From Perkinsus chesapeaki ATCC PRA-425 (taxonomy: Eukaryota > Protista > Perkinsozoa): DNA of 64,000 nucleotides. The stretch spans positions 6,750 to 70,749 of the forward strand of contig JAAPAO010000120.1 of NCBI GenBank assembly GCA_013115145.1. The letters are read 5' to 3'. The notes below the pieces were generated by a model. That model saw nothing but the letters and a program-made list of their open reading frames with translations. It made no database searches and had not been told where the DNA came from. A program made the translations under genes and the position numbers. Below are positions 41,441 through 54,000 of the stretch, piece by piece; position 1 is the first letter of the stretch; each line of letters begins with the position of its first letter.

Positions 41441-44400
41441 CTACCATTTATCAGATTGCCTACGATAATACGCCATATCGTGCCCGGCTGGTCTATCGTA
41501 CACCATGTGCCCAGTTGGCGCCTCACCAGTTGTCCGCCGCTGCGAGCTCTTCGCTCGAGGCTTCGATGGTCGTACCGGTTTGGTAGGCAAAGGCCGAGGA
41601 GCACACCTATGAGAACCTTTAGTGAAGTCACAGAAGCGTTGGTATTCTTACCGATCGTCAACGATACTCGGTTCTCGGGCAGCCTCTGGTCGTGGTCGAA
41701 GCAAGACAGGTCGGTCGACTGGGCTCTCCTTCCGAGGCTCTTGGGGTGGAGGGGTCCGAACAAGCTGAAAGCAATATGGGAAGGGGCATAATATCTTCGA
41801 AGTCCTCACTGGTTTCAGCCTATTCTGAGATCGATCACGGCTTCTAGAATGCTGCCTCCAATCCCACACAGGGCCTGGCTGGCTTCGACTGCTGAGTGGT
41901 GTCGTGTCGTCCTTCATCGTGTAGCGTGTCCTCTGCTTCGCATGAACTGGAAGGTTCGGCATTCTCTCCCTTATGGGAGCTGCTGCTGCTACTGCTGCTG
42001 GTGGTGGTTGCCGTTCACAAGCTAAGGATGGTCGCCGAGCGTCCCGAATGACCGACAAGGGTTCAGGCTAGAAATGAGATGGCATGATACAAAGAGTTAA
42101 CCCCTACCTCCGCCTTCTCCTCCCAAAAGTCTTTCGGCACCTCCGACTTTGTCCACTCAGCCGCGTAAGATGACCGCCACGACGGCGATGCATCTGCAGC
42201 TTCTTCCTTAGTCTCTCTCTCCCAAGCATCCGCCCACTTCTCACCAACCCCAACGGCCGCCGGCTTCGACTCTTCCCAATCAGAGCGCTCCCATTCATCC
42301 CAACGCTCCCAAGTAGTGCCTTTCCATTCCTCATCCTTCTTCTCCACTCTTTCCCAGTCCTCCTCCTCCTCTTGCTTTTCCCACTTTCGGTCTACGTTCT
42401 CCCAACCCTGGTCCACCTTGTCCCAACTTCGGTCCTTCTTTGACCAATTGTGGTTGTTTTGGTCCCACTCCTGGTCCTTTTCCCATTCGTCAGACCAACT
42501 CGATTTCCCCTTCTGAGCGGCCGTAGTGCTCCTGTCATTGGCTTTACTGCAATAGACCTCCCAACTCTCCGCCTTCCTTTCGACAGCTTTCTTCCTGGAA
42601 TCACATATCTGGACGGCTGCTGACGGACTAGCGTGGCTCGGGGTTAAAGGCTTATTTGAAGATTCATGGTGCTTGGTCATCGGTGGCCTTGAATCATACG
42701 CAGAGGGACCGCGACGAACCTGCTGGAGAACAGTGAGATACTCAGAGCCCTGCGGCCCCTGCCACCAACCTTAGCTGGGGGAGGCTGCTGCCCTCCTTGG
42801 TCCTCTTCCTCCTGACTTGGATCCGTAGACTTGCGTTTTTTCTCCCATGTGCCACTATCTGGTGTGCCCCAAGAATCCTCCTCTTTATTAATTCCCTCTT
42901 CCTCTGTCTCATCGTCTCCTTTTGCCTTCTCGCCCACAATCACCTTTGCCTCCCCCGGTTTGTGTGTGATAACAGTAATAACTTCTTGTTTGCCGTTCCG
43001 GTTTCTGCCGCCTCTCCTTCCCCGATGGCCAGACTGCCTGCGGTGCTCTTGAGCTTGCTCGCCATTGGCTCCCCCATGCGTTGGTCGAGGCTGCTCATCT
43101 GCCATCTCGGTGACTGCAGCGTTGTTCTGCTGGGTGTTTCGCTGTTGCTCTGCAACCTCTTCGTGATTAGGGAAGGCCGGTTGTATCCACCTAAGGATCA
43201 TTCCCATCATCAACTCCGATACAGTAGTACTTCCTTCCCTGCGAGATCTGAGTGCCCCCACCCTGCCCCTTTCCAGGCACCCCGACACTTGCTTTAGCTT
43301 GGGCTGGCACCGACTGCTGCCCTGTGCCACTAGCAGCTAAAGCCAGCTGTCTTGCTGCTTGCCGAGCGGCTTCAGCCTGGCACGGTGGCACCATGAGCCC
43401 GTTCTATCACCGATCCCCCTCAGTTTCCAACCTCTTTGTCCAATTCCATCTGCTCCTGAGCCTTCGCCTTTGCCTGAGCATCTGCCACCTCCTGTTTGGT
43501 CTTCAGCCACGACGAGGTAAATGCTACCTGCACGAGGCCCAATCGATCACCTCTCCAGGTTAGTGCCCCCACTACTTTCACAACAACATCTTTCTCGCTG
43601 TCCACCACCATACTCCTGATCACCAGCTTGCCCGAACTGTCAATCCATCCAGCTTCGATCAGCTTGGCAGGATCGGACTGGAGATCCAGAAGGCCGGACC
43701 ACCCCCTGAGGACAGCACTCTCACTTCCACAGTGTCGCCGTTGCTGTCTCCTACAGTGTGGGCTGCTGCTTGCTGAACACTCCTGGACCATACCGAATAA
43801 TGGAAGTGCTCGGTGACCTAATTGAAACATATCAGCCATCCCAGGGAGGAGCATTGCTGCAGCCCACTTGTAATTGGGTATCCAGACCATAACTTGCTTC
43901 TTCAATTCTGCCGACATCCACGGGTAGGTTGTACCTGACATGGCTCACACTGGCCTCATCAAGGCAAAGACGACCTACCAGCGAAAGGGCTCTGCGGCTT
44001 AGGTTCATGCTCGACGATGACATTGACCGCAAGCCAGCTGTCCGTGGGCTTCCTCTGGGCCGCTGGAAGATCCTTAAGTTGATATCTGAAACCCGAGCTC
44101 CACCCGCACCAGTGGGCCACCACCGTGCCTACCCCCTCGGATAGATCTGCATGCGATGCCTGTAGGTGTGGTCGGGTGACGTTTGCCACCGACTTGTGAG
44201 AATCGTGGAGCGCATCGGGAACCGTGCGCGTTTGTCCGTCCACATTTCCAGTATCTGACACCTCTAGCCATCCCCTGCAGCATTTCTCTAAAACCCTACA
44301 AACTCAGCTTCCCCGGGCCTTAGTGGTGGCAACACTGACGTCATCAGTTCCGAGTATTTAGCACCCGAAGCCGGAGAAGACTGGCTCAGCCCTCGAGTGT

Positions 44401-45820
44401 CGCTGATGGTGATGCTGCCTGCCGACTGCATAACGGAAGCGCTCCCTGGACCAGCTGGCCTATGTTGGCCTGCTGCCGTCGGCCCAGCTGGCAGTTGCGA
44501 TGGTGGTGGTGGTGGTGCAGTACTCGCCACTGCTGATACTGCCTTAGGTCTAGCCTGGCCCTGGATACCATAGCCAGTAGCCATGGCAAGCGGAGGGGAC
44601 ATTTGCCCTTGGGGCCCTGCCGCATCACCAATGCATCTTCCCATACCTGCCGTTTACTACCTGTATACTGCTGCTGCTGGGTTGATGGCGGTGAGGCGGC
44701 TGCTGCTGTTGCCTTGGGCTGAGGAGGGCTCGAGCATCTGCCAGGTATCCACAGCTCCAATAGCCAGCAGATATCCCCTCCCCTTACTGAGTTGCTGGCG
44801 ATGCTGCCGTTGGCGAGCTTTGCTGTTGCGCTGCCTTCCCCTTGCCACCCTTTCCTCCTTTTCTTTGCCGTTGATCATATCGACTCCCCGAGCGGGCGAC
44901 ACCCAGGCTCGGCCGTCCAGTGGCCTGGTTGGGAGCTCCCTGGTTGACCGGCGGGCTAACGACCTTCAGAGGGGTAGGAAGCAGCGCACTTCCCACCGCC
45001 GCCGCCGTTGCTGGTAGTGCTGGTGGTGGCTGCTGGTCACTTCCAGTCGAATAACGTGGCGCGTGACTAGGGCCCGCAGCAGCCGGCGACTGCTGCTGCT
45101 GCAGCTGGTTCTGGTGATTCTGACTAATCGGTCGGGCCGGGCTCTGTTGAACCCATCGTTGCGGTTGGCTGGCTCCGCCTTTCCCAGGTGGTGTGGCCGC
45201 CACTGTGTGCCCCCCAAACTGGTTTGCATACTGCTGCTGTTGCTGATAGAGGCCAGCTGCGTCCTGCTGTCCTCCTCCCCCTGCATAAGGCATATTTTGC
45301 TGCTGTACCCCATGTGGACGGGCAAAGGCAGCGGCCGCCGATTGATAGTACTGATTGTACTGCGGGTAATAAGGGGCCGCCGCCGCCGCAGCCGCACCAG
45401 CGTAAGCCGGCTGCCCAGCTTGACCCGCCGATGATGATGATGCTTGCTGCCCAGCCGAGGCAACAAAACCAGGGTACCCCTGGGCTTGGGCATAGTACTG
45501 ACATCGACTGGAACTAACTATTTGCTATCCAACGCTACTACTACCTGTCTCCCAGCAGAAGCAGCTCCGCCCCACGGCGAGAAGTCACCATTATTAGAAG
45601 CACTGTTGCCGGGTGTTGCGGCCGCCGCCGCCGTAACTGCCGTCATCTGCTGCTGCTGATGATACTGCTGGCTGTTGGCCACCGACATGGGTCCTATATG
45701 GTTGGCATACTGCCCGGGGGCGGTGGTAGGAGGGGCCGAGGCCACCAGACCTGGCATGAACGCACGTTGTGGTGGTGGGGGTGGGGGCTGTCCTCCTCCT
45801 GCTCCTCCGTAATAAGACAT
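41441..45820 (-). CDS. Large Gln/Pro-rich protein with a MATH-like domain and a Trp/acidic repeat region
   Basis: Q/P/A-rich N-terminal exons. HKHRMQIYPRG and GWSGLLDL...AGWIDSSGKLVIRSMV resemble the start and end of a MATH/TRAF fold. W-rich exon at 42063-42680; predicted end ...YRRQSDKW*. Confidence 0.55.
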
Positions 45821-46454
45821 AGGACAGGCAACAGCGACCTAGCAGACAGAAACTTTTCTACCTACACCTGAGTCACCAACTACCTATCAGTTTACATTCA
45901 ACGCAAGACTTCACTGTTGACATTGATAAGTGAAAGAGCATCATATTCTTGAGCTAGCGATCAATCAGCGACGAGACAGAAGCATTGAGCTCGGGTAGGG
46001 TGGTGGCTCATACGTGGAATGATTATATCTTCGGACATGCTAATCAATCTCGAGGAGGCCAACAACTGCACTTTGCAATTTCATATCGAAGGACTACTAT
46101 AAGGGGTAGAAAAATTTGCCGCAAAATAGGTTAGCAGCCCCCAATTCCATAACCACGGACGGAGCTGCCCGAGTGCCGCTGCTGCCGCTTGGCGAGTGTA
46201 ATGGCAATCGAGCTGCAGCAGCAGCTGCAGCCAGCGGCCGGGGCGAGTCTCGGCAAAAAGGGTACAAACCCTAAGAAGCGTTGCATGGATGAGCATAATC
46301 ATTAGTTGCTTGACAAGTGAAAAAGTATTGCAAGTAATAGGTACTGTAAGGTGGCGTTGTCGTTATTGCCATTGGTAATAGACTATGTTAAAAAACATAA
46401 AAAATAATAGTAATGGTATACTTGGTAATTGCTGTCCACATAGAATGGTACTAC

Positions 46455-48798
46455 TCATGACGGTGATGGAAATGCAACACCAGCAGCAGCACATATAATC
46501 ATTAATACCACCAGCAGCAGCATCAGCAGCACTACGTCACCAGAACCACGACGAGAATGGGGAAAAGAGTACCACTTACTACCAAAGTTAGCGAATCTTA
46601 GCGCAGTGAGGCGTGTCACTAGTTTCATCGCCGACGTCCCGGATAAGGGTAAAAGCCCCAAACACACAAAAGGGAAATAATTGCGGAATGCGAATGTTAC
46701 ATCCTTCTAGACAACGACTTCGCCGCCGGCAATGTGGCGAATGATGATGTCATTCTACGTAAAAGAGATCCAGCTGGATCTGTGAACTAGGATTCTACTT
46801 TAATAACGAGCTTTTAAGGGAAAAAGATAAACAAAAGTTAATGACCAGAATAGGTCCATATCGTGCTGAGCGTCACTTCGACATTGATGACGCCCCACGC
46901 GAGGATTTATGTGGGGGCAAAGACAAAGACTGTAGGGCTCTACGACTGCTTGCTGAAGCCAAGGTGAGGATCGGTCTGAAGAAACTAATAACAATTCACA
47001 ACCTACTTACGTCATCACCTTGGGAAGGGTTGTTGCACTCCATTCAGAAACAGAGCTGGCACAGCAAGCTCCTGTAGGCCAGCGTCAAGCTAAAAATACC
47101 ATCATGTAGAACGAACCAGGAACACTTGCAAACATACGTTGTTAAATACATTTTGCGCGTTCCAAATTGGGCTGGTTAGAAAACGCTCAATGTTAGCTTT
47201 CAACCCCTGTACACGGGCCAAGGCGACCGTGCAAGCCTGAAAAAGGCCGATGGCGGCGGCATGTGTACCACTATTCCTTGCACTACAACCTACCATTTTC
47301 CTGTATCCTGCCCCGGACAAAATAGCACCATGGAAAGAGTCGAAGAATGATTTCACATATAAGGGGCTCGTCATGTTAACGAAGGCATAACCAAAATTGC
47401 AAGTGGAACGGAAATCCATCGGCAAGTAGACGAAGTCGAAGGACGCCGGAGGTAAGCGTCTCTCCAGCTCAGCTATCAGTTCCACACGGGTATATCTATA
47501 CACTACATCACATTAATGCTAGTATCACCGCTCCTACCGATACGGTATGTTCTTAATCATCAGGGTGGTCCTATTATCATAGTCTTTATTCGCAAAAGGG
47601 ACAGCCATTGTGTCAGACGTCCTTAATGAACGCCCTATCCTATTAGATTTCATCGTGGGATCTTGTAGGAGATCGTGAGGGCCTTGGATGTTGTTTGGTG
47701 CGGAGAAAATCGCCCATCCAAGAGTCACCGCTGATCTGAAGGGAACGGTAGCAGCGGGAAATAAGCACCATACTCACCTGTAACGTAGGAGGAGGAGGAG
47801 GCATCAAGTCAGAGTTAAAGAGGCTCGGAAACCTAACAAAACAAACTGTCCACCAAGACAAGGCCGGGGCGATTGGATTGGAGTCCCCCCCCCCTCAGGA
47901 ACAGTTAGCACTCAGTACAGTGGAATACAATGTCCTATAATGTAGCTAGCTCCACATACGTCACATTCGTGACGCAATATATCCTACCTCAAATTTCCCA
48001 AGCCTATGCACTGCCGGAATACAGCCATACGAAAATCGCAATTTCCCCTTATCATTGCATAACTCCCCCACAGATGCATTACACAATGTCGAGGCTTTCA
48101 AACCTGGACAAACTTTTACACCTAAGCAGTCAGTTGGACGGGAAGAGCATTCTCGTTGGAGCAGTCTGTGGGTTGGCCAATATTATAAAGAAACTTTTGC
48201 CCGTGACGTACCCGACTGAGTCTTGCTGGCAGACATCCATATACGTGGCGTTAGTGGATGACGGTGAGAAACCACCACGGACAGAGTTGGGCTGAAACCA
48301 TAATAAAGTAACAAGATACGGCTTATGACCAGACTTACAATGCGATAGGTCCTACTAGCTATCTCTCTGAACGCAGAGGCCAAGCCAGCAGTATGAGAGT
48401 CCGAAATGAGCTGATCGATAAGTGCCGTGATAGTGTTGTGATTGCTATATTACTACATTTAGAATATCTGACACCAGATCAACATCCTGACAGTGCGAAG
48501 GCGCCCAAATTTTCCCGGGGTCATCTGTCAAAGCACCCGGTAGACATACTCCGTCCAAGGGTGAGTTGCTGCAGTCCATAGATTGAAGGTAATAAGACCT
48601 CGTTATATTAGTAACTTCAACGCGGGGCAGGTCATATGATAGAAAAGGTATAGCAAGTTTTACGCTCATTCTCATCGTCACAATAAACCCGAGAAGCCAC
48701 ATCGAAGATAACGTCTCGAGCAGCAGCAGCAGCGAGGAATACAACAGAAGGAGACAGCAGTGGTCACAATACAACATTACTAATATAGAGCGATGCAA
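46455..48798 (-). CDS. Mei2-like RRM protein A (both ends uncertain)
   Basis: RTTLMIKNIPYRYTRVELIAEL...FDFVYLPMDFRSTCNFGYAFVNM...ARVQGLKANI is the Mei2 C-terminal RRM signature (exons at about 47100-47600). Confidence 0.75.
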
Positions 48799-49349
48799 CT
48801 ACAAGGTGGTAGAGGCCGCCGCTACATTCCTAGTGATGGAGCAACGATTGCGCCTGGGATGCGAGCAGTAGGAAGAGGACACAGTAAAGGAGAAGGCAAA
48901 GAGCAGCAGCAGCAGCAGCAGGGAGAGGAGGAGCACAGGTGACAAGAATATAGTATCCAAGACCGAAAATTTCATGATACAAAATGCCTTCTACGGTGAT
49001 GATGGTATCAATACAGTGTGGAGAGGCCTGCCAGAAGAGGAATAGCAACCACCCAGGCGAGTGGGACAACAAATCATTTAAGAGGTGGTCAACGAGAAGT
49101 GACAGGAGAAGAAGAAGACATAACAGAGCATATCAACGCTCGTACCAGAATTACTGCTACAGCGTCGTCGCTAAGTGAGATAAGGGGAGCGGTGCTCGGT
49201 TACTATGGACAAATATAGGGAAAAGCAACATCACGATTGCCAAACGAATGTACAACAGCAGCCTACTGATAATACCGTTGCCACCACCACCACTATTATC
49301 ATACCGCTCTACTTTATAATCGTGAAAGTATATAGCCACCGACAGTCAG

Positions 49350-50847
49350 CTACTCCAGACTAAGCATGTTCAAAGAGTCTAAGACTAGACGATCGGTATC
49401 ACACGGCTGCCAGTCGGGACTCTGTAGCATATTCTTGTGATGATCTCCTTGCTCCTCTTCAACTAATTTCGCCGATGTACCCGTCATCGTTGACAAACCG
49501 CCGTACTGTCCACCATTTGCACCAAACAAGAGCGTTGGTGCTGAAACGAAGCTACTGGTATCGTCCAAAGGCATGGTGTCCCATAACAAAGATTCCAATC
49601 CAGGACCAGTCGGCACGCTCGATATAGTAGGAACCCACGTGTCGCTCGCACCCCCAACTGAACTGGGCGGCGGCGGCGGAGGTGGTGATGCCGCACTCTG
49701 CATCGGGGCCATCTGAGAGTCCTCCGCAATTGTGGGCTGCTGCAGCTGTTGCTTTGGATGATGATGTTGTTGCTGTTGACGTTTAGTAGCCCTAAGCTGC
49801 TGTTGGCGCTCCCTTCGCATCTGTGCCAGCTTTTTAAAGGGAATCTGCTCATTATGCTCTCCAAACACCAACGGCAAGGCATCATCGTCATCCTCCGGAG
49901 TACAATCCAAAATTGGAGAATTTATCAGACGATTAACATTCGCCTGCAAGCCCTGCACACGGGCGTATACTACTTCGCAGACTTTACTGCTCTTAACACC
50001 TGGGAGCCTAGAATTCTTGAAAGCGTTGAAGAACGTCCTAGTGTATTTAGGATCGGTGACGTTGACAAAGGCGTAACCAAAATTACACCGTGAACGGAAG
50101 TCAATGGGCATATAGACAAAGTCAAATGATCCTACCGGCATACGGGCCATAACCTCATCAACCAATAACTGTCGAGAATACTTGTTTGGTATATTCTTCA
50201 GCATCAGCGTGGTTCTAGGATCAGTCGAATCCATGGTAATGGTATTTGAAACATTCGGCTGAGATCTCCTTCTCTGCCGAGCACTTGAAGATGCCAATCC
50301 GGGCTTGTGGCTTGCCGTAATCCCTCTAGGCGTCCGATTAGTAACAAGCGGTGGATGAAGAGCATTGGCGCCGGTGGCATACGAGGAAGAATGGTTACCG
50401 ACTGTATAGGATGACGACGAAGTAGGCATACCTCCCTGCTGCCCATCGCCCATAACGCTAATAGGAGCGAAAGGCTCGGCCTCAATACCGCTACCAAGCG
50501 CTGATGAGGTTTGCCCAGTGATACCGTTGCTATCTGAATAATTTAGATAATATATGCAATTAGGATAATTGAGATATACCTATACTAGGGGCAACGGTGG
50601 GAGATGTGTGATGGTCTCCAGAAGCCCTAGGAGGCACCCCTCTGCCATTCTGCCGTTTAGCTACTATTTCTTCGGCCAATTTCCATATATCTTCGAGGCT
50701 TTGACCGGACGATCTTATTTCGGGATTCGCCAGCAGCATTGCAGCGGTCTGAGGTAATGCTATCAACCTCTCAGGAATCTTTCATTCTCTTACCTCAACG
50801 ACCGGACCATTCGGAGAATCCGCTGGAACATCGTCGTTTACCGGCAT
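49350..50847 (-). CDS. Mei2-like RRM protein B
   Basis: RTTLMLKNIPNKYSRQLLVDEV...FDFVYMPIDFRSRCNFGYAFVNV...CEVVYARVQGLQANV. Two short 5' exons splice in frame from ATG 50847 (MPVNDDVPADSP...). Confidence 0.85.
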
Positions 50848-51008
50848 TCTTAGCGAGAACAGATAAACTGATCACCACCCTAGCACACCGATCCGATCCG
50901 TTGGCTTCCAATGCTCGCGGTGGGGGAGCAGACTAACCGTTTAGCGCGCGCCCTGGTGATCGATTATGTGCGCAGAATTGAGGGTATCAACAGGTTTGGT
51001 TTTCCAGT

Positions 51009-54000
51009 ATGGGTGATGATCCTTATGCGGATCTTATCACTGAAAGGGGCGATATGTGGCTTGGGCGGGAGGATTGCGGTCAGCTGGTAACCTCTGGAGT
51101 ATCTTCGGGTATCTTTGAGCTCGTACAGGTCCACGACCTGAAAACGCCCTTTAATGGAGTTGTAGGGTTAACGGAAGCCATGAAGGTTATGGTGCGAGAC
51201 GATGCCAAGCGCCGGTTACTAACAATGATAAACCGGGCCGGTACGAGGCTCGTTGAATATGTAAAAATCACCGTAGATCTCTCTGAACAGCTTATCTCCA
51301 GGTCGAGCGAACGCTGGAAATCGACGAGCTCTCGCGGGGCACAATGTTTATGCAGCGTAATAAAATGTGTTTTTCCTGGAAAGCTTTGTAGTCAGGCCAG
51401 GAGGTCGACATTGGGCTCTCTATCTTGGAGGCAGTGGAGCTTATGCGATACGCGGAGGACAAGAACGGGGTGCCCGTGAGAAAGAGCACTGTGGAATTGG
51501 TAGTGTCAGTGGGGACATAGGGAAGGTGGTCAGGGTCTCTATACAGATTCATGATTGTCCTCCGGAATGGTCTGAGGGCGGAGGGCCAATGGTCGAAGGG
51601 GATGATATGAAAATCTCGAGGATAATCTATCACATACTAGACAATGCTCTCCGTTACACCGAATCCGTAGGAGGCCGGGAGTTAGTGTGTCATTGTAAGC
51701 ATCCTCCGCAGGGAAGCGTGACGGTCTCCGGCAGACAAAGCTCCGACTTTATAACTATCACTATAGCGGATACCGGTATAGGTATCGATCCTGACCGGCA
51801 TGATGAGTAGGCTGTTCCTGTTGTGGTGCCGTAGCAATTGTCTCTCGTAGGATTTTCATACCGTTTCGTCGACTGGCGTACCCATCGGATGGATGCCTCG
51901 GACTAGGCCTCTCAGTTGTCCTCGAAGTAAGCCTGTTCGCGCTTATGCTGCCTAAATTTTGTATAGACTCTTCATTTGATGGGCGGAGCGATTAGTGTTG
52001 TGTCTCCGGGTCGAGGCCAAGGCACCACCGTTACTGTTAAAATACCAATGAAGATGAACTCATCAGTGCCGCTACAGACGTAAGGATAAGCAGCAATCAC
52101 CATTTGGATGGTCCTATCAGGTTCGATCGAGGCCCGGAGGGGTTCGGTCTCTACTTGAACATGGACCATCCTAGACCGTCACAAAGGCTGTTGATGAAGC
52201 ACACAGTTGGGCTACTGGCCCATGAGCTTCGGATACCATTTCTGGGTGTTATTGGGTCGAGCGACTATCTGGTAGTGATGGTTGTTCAGCCTCAGGAGGA
52301 GGCAATAGGTATTTGGCAGGTTCGTACGGAGGAGAAAAAACCGTTACAAAAGCAATTGGGAATGATAAATCGATGCGGCATTCGGTAGTAGAAGAGCAGC
52401 TGTTTGTAATACTACCGCCGCCCTTTATTAGACTGGTTGATGTTATTGAAGTAGTCAAGGATGCTGCACTTATGTTAGAGTTACCTCCTGGTCTATCCCT
52501 TAGAGCAGTAAGGGGGGGAGTGATCCAGTCCTTTTATAAGCCTTAGTCCTTTTATAAGCCTTAGTCCTTTCATAAGCCTTAGTCCATTTATAAGCCTTAG
52601 TCCTTTCATAAGCCTTAGTCCATTTATAAGCCTTAGTCCTTTCATAAGCCTTAGTCCATTTATAAGCCTTAGTCCTTTCATAAGCCTCAGTCCTTTCATA
52701 AGCCTCAGTCCTTTTATAAGGTCGTTTGGTCTATCAGGTTAAAGTGCCCCTACTGGTCGAGAATGCTCATGCCCAGCTCGATGTCGCTAAGGTATTATTT
52801 ATCATAGTTTATCACCGTCTCAAACTCATTCAGGATAAACGAAACCAGCCGATGAAAAAGCGAGAAGTCAACTTCTTCAACGAGTGTCCAGCCACACTTC
52901 CCGAAATACAAGGGGATGAAGCCCAGCTGGCAAAGGTGCTGCCGCCCGCCGGGCTCGCAGGGAATATGATATAGCGAGTCTTCAGGTTATCGAACATGTT
53001 GCTGAGAACGCACTGAAGTTTACTAATAAGGGTCATGTTAGGATAGACGCCAAGGCAACCAAGGATACCGTAGGCATCTGCTAAATCTATGGCGTTGGGG
53101 GTATATATACTCCTTATGGTTGATAGAGTCAGCATTTATATTAGTTCGGTCGTTTGAATCCTGCTTGAGGGTCTGGTATGTCAGTTGTGATAGGTAACAA
53201 TAATTGTTGAGGACACCGGTATTGGTATACCTGACGAGGACCAGGAGAGGATTTTTCAACCTTTTTTTCGGTAATCCCGTGAGGCTGTGGCTGGCAGCTT
53301 TAGTGACGTCAGGCTGGAGCCCCAGAACTACTATGGCCTCGGCCTGGGCTTAACAGTCGTATACGAAATAGTTAAGCTGGCAGGAGGCAATCTGGAGATA
53401 GAATCCGCCAAGGATAAGGGCACCACGGTAGCGCTCACTTCCGTGGATTCGGACCGGGGAGTTCCTTTCAGTTTTATATACGTCTGCCGACAGTTCAGCC
53501 TAAGATGGCCTATTTGGATCACTTAGACGATGTTTTCGTGGAGGTCTCGAAGAAGTCTGCTCACGAATGTACGACAGATGGGGAATGTAGGCACTACTTT
53601 TGGCCACCCCCTGGGACCCGTCGCGCTTTCAGCCCAACCGCCCCCGCTGCCGGTCTCGAGCGAGTCGGTCAAAGAGGAGGTCGAGAAGCGGCCAACTGTT
53701 AGCTTTATGAACTCGGAAGAGTCATTATCACTTTTCTCACGGGAGAGTAGCCCGGTTGCGAGTAACATGCCTCAGGTGACTATCAAACCCATCGGATGGA
53801 CTGATTCTTCTCACTCAGGCGTCTGGTAGCTCCATATCGCCTGACCAGCCTACAGTCTCCGTAGAGAGCAAAGCGGCAAACCTTCAGCCCGTCGAGTCTG
53901 AACAAGCCGTGCAAGGCGCGGCTCAAACAGAGGTGGTTTCGAACGAAAACTCGGGGATCATAGAGGTGGGGGAAATATGGACTCATTTTCATTTGAAGCG

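Noticed and set aside
46766-46781. Perfect 16-bp palindrome AGATCCAGCTGGATCT
   Set aside because: About one such palindrome is expected by chance in 64 kb.
48800-49340. Short hydrophobic ORFs between the two Mei2-like genes
   Set aside because: They arise from CAG/CTG microsatellites and AT-rich UTR-like sequence; no in-frame splice linking them to Mei2-B was found.
52493-52699. ORF encoding (M/I)(K/N)GLRL repeats, and the repeat array as a possible CRISPR
   Set aside because: Antisense translation of the intronic minisatellite. Units are contiguous with no unique spacers, and there are no cas genes.
53524-53526. Apparent single in-frame TAG between kinase and downstream frames, suggesting readthrough
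   Set aside because: A nearer acceptor (cctttcag) gives a 44-nt intron and the better consensus GTTFYIRLP, avoiding the stop; ordinary splicing explains it.
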